Assembly: GCA_964629965.1 (NCBI GenBank)
Contig: CAZVRZ010000001.1
Span: 22,008-86,007 of the forward strand
Length of the DNA stretch: 64,000 nt
From: an uncultured Anaerolineaceae bacterium
Lineage (GTDB): Bacteria > Chloroflexota > Anaerolineae > Anaerolineales > UBA4823
Direction of reading: 5' to 3'
The position numbers and the translations under genes are program-made. Of this stretch, positions 34,920 through 43,600 are shown one piece after another; within the stretch, counting starts at the first letter, position 1; the number at the start of each line of letters is the position of its first letter. Below the pieces are notes generated by a model. That model saw only the letters and a program-made list of their open reading frames with translations. It ran no database searches and was not told the DNA's origin.

Positions 34920-35957
34920 TTGGAAGAGAAAGAAATATTACTGCAGGTAAAGGATCTGAAGACCCATTTTTTTCTGGATGAAGGTACGATCAAGGCAGTA
35001 GATGGGGTTGACATGGATATTCGCGCCCGTCAAACGTTGGGCGTAGTGGGAGAAAGCGGCTGCGGCAAGAGCATAACAGCGCGCTCGATTATGCGTATTC
35101 TGGCCAAATCTGGTAAGATAGTCGATGGAGAAATCCTGTTCCATCGTCGCCTGAGTGAACAGAGCAACGGAGTCGCTGCTGGCGAAATGATCGATATCAT
35201 TGATTTAGCCAGGCTTGATCCGCAAAGTGATAGAATGCGTTCTATTCGTGGGGCTGAAATTTCGATGGTTTTCCAGGAACCGATGACTTCGCTCAGTCCA
35301 GTGCATACCATTGGTAACCAGATCGGAGAAGTTATCAGTTTGCATCAGAGGCTTGACGCAAAACAAACGCGTGAAAAAGTAATTGAGATGCTTGATCATG
35401 TCGGTATGCCTTTGCCTCGGCGCACAATCGATCGTTATCCTTATGAGTTGTCGGGAGGCATGCGTCAGAGGGCTATGATTGCCATGGCGCTCTCCTGCCA
35501 CCCCAGCCTGCTGATTGCTGATGAGCCTACAACCGCCTTGGATGTTACCACGGAGGCTCAGATCTTGATCTTGATGCGCCGGTTGCAAGAAGAATTGGGC
35601 ATGTCTATCATGTTCATTACCCATAACCTGGGCGTAATTGCCCAGATGGCTGATCAGGTGGTTGTGATGTATCTGGGAAAAATTGTGGAAGATGCCAGTG
35701 TGGATGCGCTTTTCTACAAGCCGCTGCATCCGTACACACAGGCGCTGCTGCAATCGATTCCTCGCCTGGGAAGCAATAAACAGCGAAACTATCGCTTAGC
35801 ATCGATCCGCGGCTCGGTTCCCGATCCTTATAACCTGCCCAAGGGTTGTCCTTTCCATCCCCGTTGTTCGCGTTTTATACCTAACAAATGCAATCAAGAA
35901 GTACCGCCAGAGGTCGAGGTAGAACCTGGTCATAAGGTGCGCTGCATCCTTTATTAG
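34920..35957 (+). CDS. ABC transporter ATP-binding protein, Opp/Dpp D-type
   Basis: TTG start with AGGAG upstream. Walker [10 protein letters not shown], signature LSGGMRQR, Walker B LLIADEPTTALD, C-terminal HPYTQALLQSIP..PKGCPFHPRCSRF. Confidence 0.9.
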   Translation: MEEKEILLQVKDLKTHFFLDEGTIKAVDGVDMDIRARQTLGVVGESGCGKSITARSIMRILAKSGKIVDGEILFHRRLSEQSNGVAAGEMIDIIDLARLDPQSDRMRSIRGAEISMVFQEPMTSLSPVHTIGNQIGEVISLHQRLDAKQTREKVIEMLDHVGMPLPRRTIDRYPYELSGGMRQRAMIAMALSCHPSLLIADEPTTALDVTTEAQILILMRRLQEELGMSIMFITHNLGVIAQMADQVVVMYLGKIVEDASVDALFYKPLHPYTQALLQSIPRLGSNKQRNYRLASIRGSVPDPYNLPKGCPFHPRCSRFIPNKCNQEVPPEVEVEPGHKVRCILY

Positions 35958-36002
35958 AACGGTTAACCAACTTACAATGGTATTTCTCATCAGTTTATTT
36001 GC

Positions 36003-36043
36003 CCGCGCAGTGTGTAAAATAAGCACTGCGCGGAGTATTTTTT
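36003..36043 (+). terminator. rho-independent terminator of the ABC operon
   Basis: CCGCGCAGTG (36003..36012) pairs perfectly with CACTGCGCGG (36024..36033) around an 11-nt loop, followed by AGTATTTTTT. Confidence 0.7.
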
Positions 36044-36056
36044 AAGGAGCTTAGGA

Positions 36057-36362
36057 ATGAAACAGTTTATTGAGGTTCAAAGCAAAGGCCTGGACAAGTG
36101 TTGGGTAGAGAATGCACTTGACCCTGAGCGTTTACATCTGCACGTTACCGAATTGTCTCCTGGCAGTAGGCCTCATGCTGGCCACACCCACAGCGGGGTA
36201 GAGGCTTTTTATTTACTGGAAGGCAGCGGCGTGATTGAGACCGAAGAAGGTCCGATCACACTTCAAATTAACCAGGCGGTCATCTTGGATGCCACCAAAA
36301 AACATGGTTTAGTCAATACGGGCTGCCTGCCGATGAAATATTTGGTGATCATTGTGAAATGA
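36057..36362 (+). CDS. cupin domain protein
   Basis: 101 aa. Cupin motifs GSRPHAGHTHSGVEAFYLLEG and ILDATKKHGLVN. AAGGAG is 8 nt upstream. Confidence 0.7.
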   Translation: MKQFIEVQSKGLDKCWVENALDPERLHLHVTELSPGSRPHAGHTHSGVEAFYLLEGSGVIETEEGPITLQINQAVILDATKKHGLVNTGCLPMKYLVIIVK

Positions 36363-36437
36363 CTTTAAGGTGGATCCATCCTTCCATTTCTACCCCTAGA
36401 AGTCATCATGGTAAAAAAGTTAACAATACTGTTCAAA

Positions 36438-36446
36438 TGGTATAAT
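36438..36446 (+). promoter_or_regulatory. extended -10 promoter element upstream of obg
   Basis: TGGTATAAT (the TGnTATAAT form) at 36438..36446, 30 nt before ATG 36477. Confidence 0.4.
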
Positions 36447-36476
36447 CCTTCCTTACCAAGGAGTATTTGTTAACTT

Positions 36477-37748
36477 ATGTTTATAGATGTAGTAGTAATC
36501 TCTGTACGCTCTGGCAAGGGCGGTGATGGAGTTGTTCATTTTCGCCGGGAAAAGTATGAACCGCTCGGCGGTCCAGATGGCGGCGATGGCGGCAAAGGTG
36601 GAGATGTGGTGTTTGAAGTGCTTCCTACTTTGAATACACTATCGACTTTTCGCCATTCCACCAAGTATGCCGCCCAAGATGGAAAAAATGGCGCGAAACA
36701 GAATATGACCGGCCATTCCGGAAAAGACCTGATCATTCATGTTCCACCTGGTACGATCATTTTTGATCATCGCAAGGGTGATGTCTTGGGCGATCTAATC
36801 GAACCGGGTCAGCAATTAATTATTGTGAAGGGGGGGCGCGGAGGTCGCGGTAACGCTCGCTTTGCCAACTCGCGCGATCAAGCTCCCAGGCAGGCCGAGC
36901 GTGGCGCACCATCCCAAGAGATAGAATTGCGCCTCGAGCTGAAATTGATTGCCGATATTGGCATCGTGGGAGTGCCTAACGCGGGTAAATCGACCTTTCT
37001 TTCTGTCGTGACAAATGCCAAGCCGAAAATCGCGCCTTATCCCTTTACAACGATTGAACCAAACCTGGGTGTCGCCGAATTGAATGATGAAACCACCTTG
37101 ATCATGGCAGATATCCCTGGTTTGATCGAGGGCGCCCATTTGGGCGTGGGCTTGGGGCATGATTTCCTGCGCCACATCCAACGTACACGTGTACTGATTC
37201 ACCTGTTGGATGGTACTGCGGAGGATCCGGTTTCGGATATGATTCAAATCAATAGCGAGCTGGCATTGTTTGATCCTGGTCTGGGACGAAAACCTCAGGT
37301 AGTGGCATTGAATAAGATGGATCTGCCGGATGCGCAGGCGCGCTGGTCCGAGATTGAAGCAGAACTTCGGCGGCGCAACCTGGTCACTAAGGGTAATCTG
37401 TTTGCAATTTCGGCTGTGACGGGACAAAATGTGCGCGATGTGTTATATCGTGCCTCACAGCGACTGGCCGAAACGCCTGCACTGGAAGAGATCACAACCA
37501 TACCGGTTTATCGCATGGAAAGTGACCCAAGCCAGTTCACGATTGAGCGAACTGCCGATGGCTGGTTGGTGAAAGGGGAAGCCCTTGAACGGGCTGCTGC
37601 CATGACGTATTGGGAATATGATGCTTCCATCCGGCGGTTTCAGCGTATTTTGCATGCTCTTGGAGTGGAAGATGCCTTGCGCAAGGCCGGCATTCAGGAA
37701 GGGGACATGGTCATCATTGGTGAATACGAGTTGGAGTGGTCGGATTAG
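36477..37748 (+). CDS. obg: GTPase Obg/CgtA
   Basis: 423 aa. N-terminal Gly-rich Obg fold MFIDVVVISVRSGKGGDGVVHFRREKY..GGPDGGDGGKGG. G1 GVPNAGKST, G3 DIPGLIEGA, G4 NKMD. C-terminal OCT-like domain. Confidence 0.95.
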   Translation: MFIDVVVISVRSGKGGDGVVHFRREKYEPLGGPDGGDGGKGGDVVFEVLPTLNTLSTFRHSTKYAAQDGKNGAKQNMTGHSGKDLIIHVPPGTIIFDHRKGDVLGDLIEPGQQLIIVKGGRGGRGNARFANSRDQAPRQAERGAPSQEIELRLELKLIADIGIVGVPNAGKSTFLSVVTNAKPKIAPYPFTTIEPNLGVAELNDETTLIMADIPGLIEGAHLGVGLGHDFLRHIQRTRVLIHLLDGTAEDPVSDMIQINSELALFDPGLGRKPQVVALNKMDLPDAQARWSEIEAELRRRNLVTKGNLFAISAVTGQNVRDVLYRASQRLAETPALEEITTIPVYRMESDPSQFTIERTADGWLVKGEALERAAAMTYWEYDASIRRFQRILHALGVEDALRKAGIQEGDMVIIGEYELEWSD

Positions 37749-38375
37749 ATGTCTTCCATAGGTGTTTTTGGGGGGACTTTTGATCCACCTCACCTGGGTC
37801 ATTTGATCCTGGCTCAAGAAGCTGCTGTCCAGCTCAAGCTAGATCAAGTTTTGTGGTTACTTACGCCGGCCCCGCCGCACAAGCAGGGGAAGCAAATAGT
37901 ACCATTGGCGCATCGTTTGGCTATGTTGGAGCTAACGATTGCTCGTAATCCGCTCTTTGAATTGTCCAGGGTAGATATAGATCGTCCGCCGCCTTACTTT
38001 GCCGTTGATACAATGCGAATGTTGCGCCAGAGTCTGTCTGTAATGAAAGACAAGTCAACCAATGTATTTCTAGTTTATTTGATTGGGTCTGATTCACTGC
38101 GCGATCTTCCAACCTGGCACAGGCCACAAGAGTTGGTAGAGGCTTGTTCGGCATTGGGTGTGATGTGTCGCCCGGGTGTCAAAATCAACCTGGATTTGCT
38201 TGAAAGTAAGTTGCCTGGATTGCGAGCCAGGTTAAAATGGATTAATGCACCTCAAATCGAGATTTCCTCATCTTACATTCGCCAGTTGGTTGCAACTGGG
38301 AAACCGTTCCGGTATTACGTAACCGAATCTGTGGCGGCTTATATCCGAGAGCATTGCCTGTATGCAACTGATTGA
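37749..38375 (+). CDS. nadD: nicotinate-nucleotide adenylyltransferase
   Basis: 208 aa. GGTFDPPHLGH motif and ISSSYIR motif. The ATG directly follows the obg stop. Confidence 0.9.
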   Translation: MSSIGVFGGTFDPPHLGHLILAQEAAVQLKLDQVLWLLTPAPPHKQGKQIVPLAHRLAMLELTIARNPLFELSRVDIDRPPPYFAVDTMRMLRQSLSVMKDKSTNVFLVYLIGSDSLRDLPTWHRPQELVEACSALGVMCRPGVKINLDLLESKLPGLRARLKWINAPQIEISSSYIRQLVATGKPFRYYVTESVAAYIREHCLYATD

Positions 38376-39021
38376 TATCCAAATGGCGATTATCAACTGC
38401 CAGCGTTGCTCGCGTTTGCGCGCCTATTGCCAGTGCATTGCCCAGGAAAAACGCCGTGCTTATTTTGATCAAGAATACTGGGGTAAACCCGTACCAGGAT
38501 TTGGCGATCCGGCTGCTCATATTCTGTTGGTTGGGTTAGCGCCGGGTGCCCACGGAGCGAATCGTACCGGACGAGTATTTACCGGCGATCCCTCTGGCGA
38601 CTTTTTATTCGCAGCTCTTTACCGCGCCGGATTCTGCAACAAACCGGTTTCACAGCACCGCGCCGATGGTTTGCAATTATTTGGGATTTATATTGCGGGC
38701 ACGCTGCGTTGCGCTCCTCCGCAGAATAAACCATTGGCAAGTGAAATTGAAAATTGCCGTCCATTTTTACACTCCGAACTGGATGCTCTCAACCAGGTGC
38801 ACACGATCCTGGCTTTGGGGAAATTAGCTTTCGATCAACTATTGGTTACGCTGGCGGCTCGCGGCGAAAGCGCGCTGTCTCGCCCCTCCTTTTTTCATGG
38901 TGCTGAACACATTGTGGGTAAGTACCGGCTGGCAGCGGTCTATCATCCAAGTCAGCGCAATACTGCTACGCGGCGATTAACCCCTGCCATGTATCATACC
39001 GTGCTGAGTAGATTGGCTTGA
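38362..39021 (+). CDS. uracil-DNA glycosylase, family 4/5 (GLAPG motif suggests family 5 UdgB-like)
   Basis: 219 aa. N-terminal Cys cluster CQRCSRLRAYC. Motif A LLVGLAPGAHGANRTGRVFTGD. C-terminal AVYHPSQRN. Confidence 0.8.
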   Translation: MQLIDIQMAIINCQRCSRLRAYCQCIAQEKRRAYFDQEYWGKPVPGFGDPAAHILLVGLAPGAHGANRTGRVFTGDPSGDFLFAALYRAGFCNKPVSQHRADGLQLFGIYIAGTLRCAPPQNKPLASEIENCRPFLHSELDALNQVHTILALGKLAFDQLLVTLAARGESALSRPSFFHGAEHIVGKYRLAAVYHPSQRNTATRRLTPAMYHTVLSRLA

Positions 39022-39026
39022 CCTGA

Positions 39027-40052
39027 TTATCCTGTTTTATGCCGCACACGCAGGATGGCGATTTTGGTGGTATGGTTGAATGGTGTGGGATCAGTGGGCA
39101 GGCGCTGCAGCCGATGGCTAATGATTGTATTGGGGTAGCCTGTGATATCCTCCGGCACGGGCACACTGGTTTCGAATTCCAGATACCCATCGGCGCATAG
39201 CTCCTTGATAGTCTGCATGTATTCTGCGCCGCTGACAAACAGGGCATTATTGATAGCAATTAGCCAACCTCCATTTGCGATCAGAGGGCGAACCTTGTTG
39301 ATCAGATGCCGGTTGTGAGCATTTAAATCAACCGTACCATAAGCAGTGGTGGAAAAAAAGGGGGGATCGAGAAATACACAGGCAAACGTGATACCTTCCC
39401 TGCGCCATTGTGATGTTTGCGCGAAAAAATCTGCAGCCATAAAATTCATCTTCTGTATTGGCAGCCCGTTCAGGGTGTACGTTGTTTTTGCCAGGTTAAG
39501 ATACTTTCGCTTTACATCCAGATGTACAACCCGGCTTGCTCCACCCGCAGCGGCTGCTGCTCCCAGGCTGCCCGTATATGCAAAGGTGTTGAGTACAGTT
39601 CGATCTCTTAGATGATCGTAGGCCCAGCGCCGCAGGTTACGGGTATCCAGGTACAGACTGGCATCCTGGTTCATTTGCAGATCGATGGCATACCAGATGC
39701 CGTTCTCTCTGATTTTTCTATCCGGCTGACTGCCAAACACCACTTTTCCCCAACGCATTTCATTGTCGGAAGACGAGCGAGTCTTGACAATACCTGCCTG
39801 TATCCAGGGATATTCCTGACGCAGCCAGGTTATAGTACCTGGAATATCTTCATCAATCTTTTCGGGATGATCAGCGTGATTATAGATCACCAATGTGCGG
39901 GCATATAGATCGATCACCAGTCCAGGCCAGCCTTCCAGAAAGCCATTGAACAGGCGTATGGCATTTTCATGCTTCCCATCGCGATCCGCTTCATCACTCA
40001 AAACGGGCTGTCGGGCTGATATTGCTTTACTTATTCGTTCGATCAGGTACAT
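39027..40052 (-). CDS. class I SAM-dependent rRNA methyltransferase (RlmI/YwbD-like)
   Basis: I prefer ATG 40052, 19 nt after the typA stop; the track start at 40133 overlaps typA. Motifs RLFNGFLEGWPGLVIDLY, VLNTFAYTGSLGAAAAAGGA and VFLDPPFF. Confidence 0.75.
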   Translation of the reverse strand: MYLIERISKAISARQPVLSDEADRDGKHENAIRLFNGFLEGWPGLVIDLYARTLVIYNHADHPEKIDEDIPGTITWLRQEYPWIQAGIVKTRSSSDNEMRWGKVVFGSQPDRKIRENGIWYAIDLQMNQDASLYLDTRNLRRWAYDHLRDRTVLNTFAYTGSLGAAAAAGGASRVVHLDVKRKYLNLAKTTYTLNGLPIQKMNFMAADFFAQTSQWRREGITFACVFLDPPFFSTTAYGTVDLNAHNRHLINKVRPLIANGGWLIAINNALFVSGAEYMQTIKELCADGYLEFETSVPVPEDITGYPNTIISHRLQRLPTDPTPFNHTTKIAILRVRHKTG

Positions 40053-40071
40053 ACTTCTGAACGATGTTAGC

Positions 40072-41925
40072 TTACTCTGCTGTCTCTTTAGCCTGTTTCT
40101 GCTGTTTACCGCGCTCATCTGTCTCAAGGACACGCTTGCGGATACGATAATTGAGGGGAGTAATTTCTAGCAGTTCATCATCTGCCAGGTATTCAATGCA
40201 TTCATCCAGGCTCATCTGTCTTGGCGGGGTTAGACGCACGGTGGCATCTGCCCGGGCAGCCCGAACGTTGGTCAAGTGCTTTGTTTTACATACATTGATT
40301 GTCAGGTCGATTGGTTTTGCGTGCTCGCCAATCACCATTCCTTCGTATACTTCTTCCCCAGGTTCCAAAAAGAGGATACCACGTTCTTCGGCGTTTCGTA
40401 GGCCATATGTGTTGGTAACACCATTTTCCCAAGAAACAAGCGAACCGCGCTCCCGGGCGGTAACTGTCCCTGCCAGGGGCAGGTAATCATGAAATAGAGT
40501 GTTCATCACGCCCATGCCTCGCGTAGCGGTCAGGAAATGATAACGGAAGCCAAGCAACCCGCGCGTTGGTGCAATGTAAACCAGGCGGACATTGCCATCA
40601 GATGTGTCCTGCATATCCAACATGTTACCACGGCGCACCCCCAGCATCTCCACTACCACCCCTACCGTATCGGGGCTGGTTTCAATGTGAACCTCTTCAA
40701 ACGGTTCTAATTGTTCTCCGATTTCGTTTTCACGCAGGATAACTTCGGGACGCGAAACCTGAAATTCATAACCTTCTCGTCGCATTGTTTCGATCAAGAT
40801 TGCCAGGTGCAGCTCGCCGCGTCCTGATACCAGGAAGGTATCTGGGCTATCTGTCTCCGCAACCCGTAAAGCTACGTTAGAACGAAGTTCGTTAAACAGC
40901 CGCTCGCGCAGCTTGCGCGACGTGCTCCATTTGCCTTCGCGGCCCGAGAAGGGTGATGTATTCACTCCAAAAGTCATCCGCACCGTGGGCGCTTCCACCT
41001 GGATGGTGGGGAGCGCAATGGGGTTTTCTGGATCAGCCAGCGTTTCGCCAATCGAGATACCTTCCAACCCGGCCAGGGCGATAATTTCTCCAGCAGAAGC
41101 TTCTTCGACTTCAACCCGGTTGAGTCCCTGGTGAATGTATAGATATCGGGCGCGTTCTGGCAGCGTTTGTCCATCAATAGTCAGGCGAGCCAACGCTTGG
41201 CCCTGGCGGACGCTCCCTGCGAAAATTCGTCCAACTGCCGTAACACCGCGGTAATCATCATACCCCAGGGTAGTTACCAGTATCTGGGTCGGACCTTCAA
41301 GGTCAACACTCGGCGGCGGAATGTGGCGCAGGATGGCTTCAAAGAGCGGTCCGAGGTCTGGCCCCAGTTCCGGCGTCAGACCGGATTGCTGGGTAATTGC
41401 ATTGGTGTAGATAACGGGAAAATTAGCTTGCTCATCGCTGGCGCCCAGTTCGATGAATAGATCAAAGGTTTTATTGAGGGCGCTTTGTGGATCGGCATCT
41501 TTGCGATCCACTTTATTGATCACTACGATTGCTTTATGCCCGCGCGCCAGGGCTTTCTTTAGCACAAAGCGGGTTTGGGGCATCGGCCCTTCGGCAGCAT
41601 CGACCAATAATAGCACGCCATCGACCATGTTCATAACACGCTCGACCTCGCCGCCAAAATCGGCATGCCCGGGAGTGTCCACAATATTAATTTTTACTTG
41701 CTGATTGGCGAGTGAATCCCAAATGGAAATGGCGGTGTTTTTTGCCAGGATGGTAATACCGCGCTCTCGTTCTAGCTCGTTGGAATCCATAATACGCTCG
41801 GCAACCTGTTGGTTTTCGCGGAACACTCGTGCCTGGCGCAACAAACCATCAACCAGGGTGGTTTTACCATGATCAACGTGGGCGATAATAGCCACGTTGC
41901 GAAGATCTTTTCTTTCCGTATACAT
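40072..41925 (-). CDS. typA: translational GTPase TypA/BipA
   Basis: 617 aa. [35 protein letters not shown], and an EF-G-like domain order. Confidence 0.95.
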   Translation of the reverse strand: MYTERKDLRNVAIIAHVDHGKTTLVDGLLRQARVFRENQQVAERIMDSNELERERGITILAKNTAISIWDSLANQQVKINIVDTPGHADFGGEVERVMNMVDGVLLLVDAAEGPMPQTRFVLKKALARGHKAIVVINKVDRKDADPQSALNKTFDLFIELGASDEQANFPVIYTNAITQQSGLTPELGPDLGPLFEAILRHIPPPSVDLEGPTQILVTTLGYDDYRGVTAVGRIFAGSVRQGQALARLTIDGQTLPERARYLYIHQGLNRVEVEEASAGEIIALAGLEGISIGETLADPENPIALPTIQVEAPTVRMTFGVNTSPFSGREGKWSTSRKLRERLFNELRSNVALRVAETDSPDTFLVSGRGELHLAILIETMRREGYEFQVSRPEVILRENEIGEQLEPFEEVHIETSPDTVGVVVEMLGVRRGNMLDMQDTSDGNVRLVYIAPTRGLLGFRYHFLTATRGMGVMNTLFHDYLPLAGTVTARERGSLVSWENGVTNTYGLRNAEERGILFLEPGEEVYEGMVIGEHAKPIDLTINVCKTKHLTNVRAARADATVRLTPPRQMSLDECIEYLADDELLEITPLNYRIRKRVLETDERGKQQKQAKETAE

Positions 41926-42017
41926 ATTAGACGCTTTCTGGTCTCAAGGGGCCTACTAAAAAACAAAACGGGCTGAATCTTATCAGAGGCTGGCGAGCAT
42001 GTCAACGAGGAGATTTG

Positions 42018-42962
42018 TTAGGGTTGCCATAGTGCCGCTTGCAGTTCGGCAAGATTCTTGGGTGGATTCTCTTTGAAGATGTCAAGACAATCTTGGATAT
42101 TTCCGAAACGGTGAAGCAGTGTATAGGCCATCAATTGCATAGAAAGTAACGAGGTGAGATCGCCTGGAGCGAAGCCATAAGCTGTCAGCATGATTCGAAG
42201 CAAATGTGGAGAGCGGCGCAAGATCATTCCAGGTGCAACGAACTCATAATAGGGATGGCCCAGCATGGCATCCGCGAAATCGATGACTCCGCTGATATGC
42301 CAACGACCACGTTCATTTTGAACAAAGATATGTTCTGGATTCAGATCTGCGTGGATCAGTTTGGGATGGAAATTGGTGTCATATAACGTTGGTAAATTTT
42401 CTAAGAAAGCGCCAATTTCGACTAACCACTTTTCGGGAATACCGGATTTTTGATGTTGGTCAATGCAACCAATAATCTGACCATCAATAAAAGCAGGCCA
42501 GCGTACATCCAAATCTTCCAAACCTTTTGTGGGCGAGGCGTGCAATTCCGCCATAAATCTGCCTAATTCTATAGCTATCTGTTGGCGGGATCGATCGTCA
42601 AATGTCTGCCAGGCGATATCCAACGGAATGCCAGTCACTCTCCGGATGATCAGATATGACCAGCCCTCCAGTTTCCCCCTGGCAACAATCTCGGGAATCT
42701 GGTAACGCATTTTCCCTGCCAGGGCTTGTAGCACTAAAAATTCCTTCTTTTCATCATCTGGCCATAACGGGCAGTATAATTTGATGATCAGGTCGTTGCC
42801 CTGGTAGAACACGATGTGAGTTCCCGGAGGGGCAAATACTAACTGCCTGGCATCTAATTCATGGCATTGGCAAATACCTTGTATAGCTGGCAGCCATACC
42901 TGCTCATTTCGATAGAGAGGTACGTATTGTGATAATTCCTGGACGTTGGGTGCTAAAGGCAT
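42018..42962 (-). CDS. aminoglycoside/choline-kinase-type phosphotransferase family protein
   Basis: 314 aa. Catalytic loop LIHADLNPEHIFV and metal-binding GVIDFADAMLG. Confidence 0.75.
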   Translation of the reverse strand: MPLAPNVQELSQYVPLYRNEQVWLPAIQGICQCHELDARQLVFAPPGTHIVFYQGNDLIIKLYCPLWPDDEKKEFLVLQALAGKMRYQIPEIVARGKLEGWSYLIIRRVTGIPLDIAWQTFDDRSRQQIAIELGRFMAELHASPTKGLEDLDVRWPAFIDGQIIGCIDQHQKSGIPEKWLVEIGAFLENLPTLYDTNFHPKLIHADLNPEHIFVQNERGRWHISGVIDFADAMLGHPYYEFVAPGMILRRSPHLLRIMLTAYGFAPGDLTSLLSMQLMAYTLLHRFGNIQDCLDIFKENPPKNLAELQAALWQP

Positions 42963-42991
42963 ATTCTACTCGAGTACGCTTGGATACTCAG

Positions 42992-43381
42992 TTAGAATGG
43001 CAGCAAGTTTCTTTGTAACATATCTATTGGGCTGCCAGATGCCAATTCTAATTCCAATGAGCGTAATTGGCCTGAACAGATTTGCGATTTACTCAGTTCT
43101 TGAGCAATTTGAAACTGTTCCTTGATCCCCGTGGCCAGTGTGGCGATAAATGATAATATTGCTACGATACCGCAAGTGATTTTCCATCCAGATGGGCCTG
43201 TTCCCAGTACTACTTGACCCGAGATAGCTGCTCCTGCGCCTAATAGCGTTGCCAGTCCGCCGGCTAATAATGTTAAGATCGCCAAGCTAGTATTGATCAA
43301 TCGCAGAGAATGTATTTTCTTCCGACTGCACTCCAGATATCCACTTACTGCTTTGGCTATATCGATATTGGTATTAGGCAT
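42992..43381 (-). CDS. small two-TM membrane protein (SLATT-like topology, uncertain)
   Basis: 129 aa. Basic helix SRKKIHSLRLIN. TM1 SLAILTLLAGGLATLLGAGAAI. TM2 WKITCGIVAILSFIATLATGI. C-terminal amphipathic helix. Confidence 0.5.
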   Translation of the reverse strand: MPNTNIDIAKAVSGYLECSRKKIHSLRLINTSLAILTLLAGGLATLLGAGAAISGQVVLGTGPSGWKITCGIVAILSFIATLATGIKEQFQIAQELSKSQICSGQLRSLELELASGSPIDMLQRNLLPF

Positions 43382-43600
43382 GGCTCACCTCGTTTCATAC
43401 TACACAATATAAGTCTGAAGTAATTTATCAACTCGATTTTATCGTAAGGTTAATCACTTGACAAACTCAGAAATTGAGGAACAGTTGATTTTGTTTGATA
43501 CATATCGGTGGTCATCATAGATAGATCGGTGAGTGATAATATTTTTCCTAAGTGGTAGAATCGCCTTTAACCCTTCTTAATGGATCTGACAGGAGTAAAT

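Noticed and set aside
36816-37427. 203-aa minus-strand ORF
   Set aside because: It is antisense to obg, which is unambiguous.
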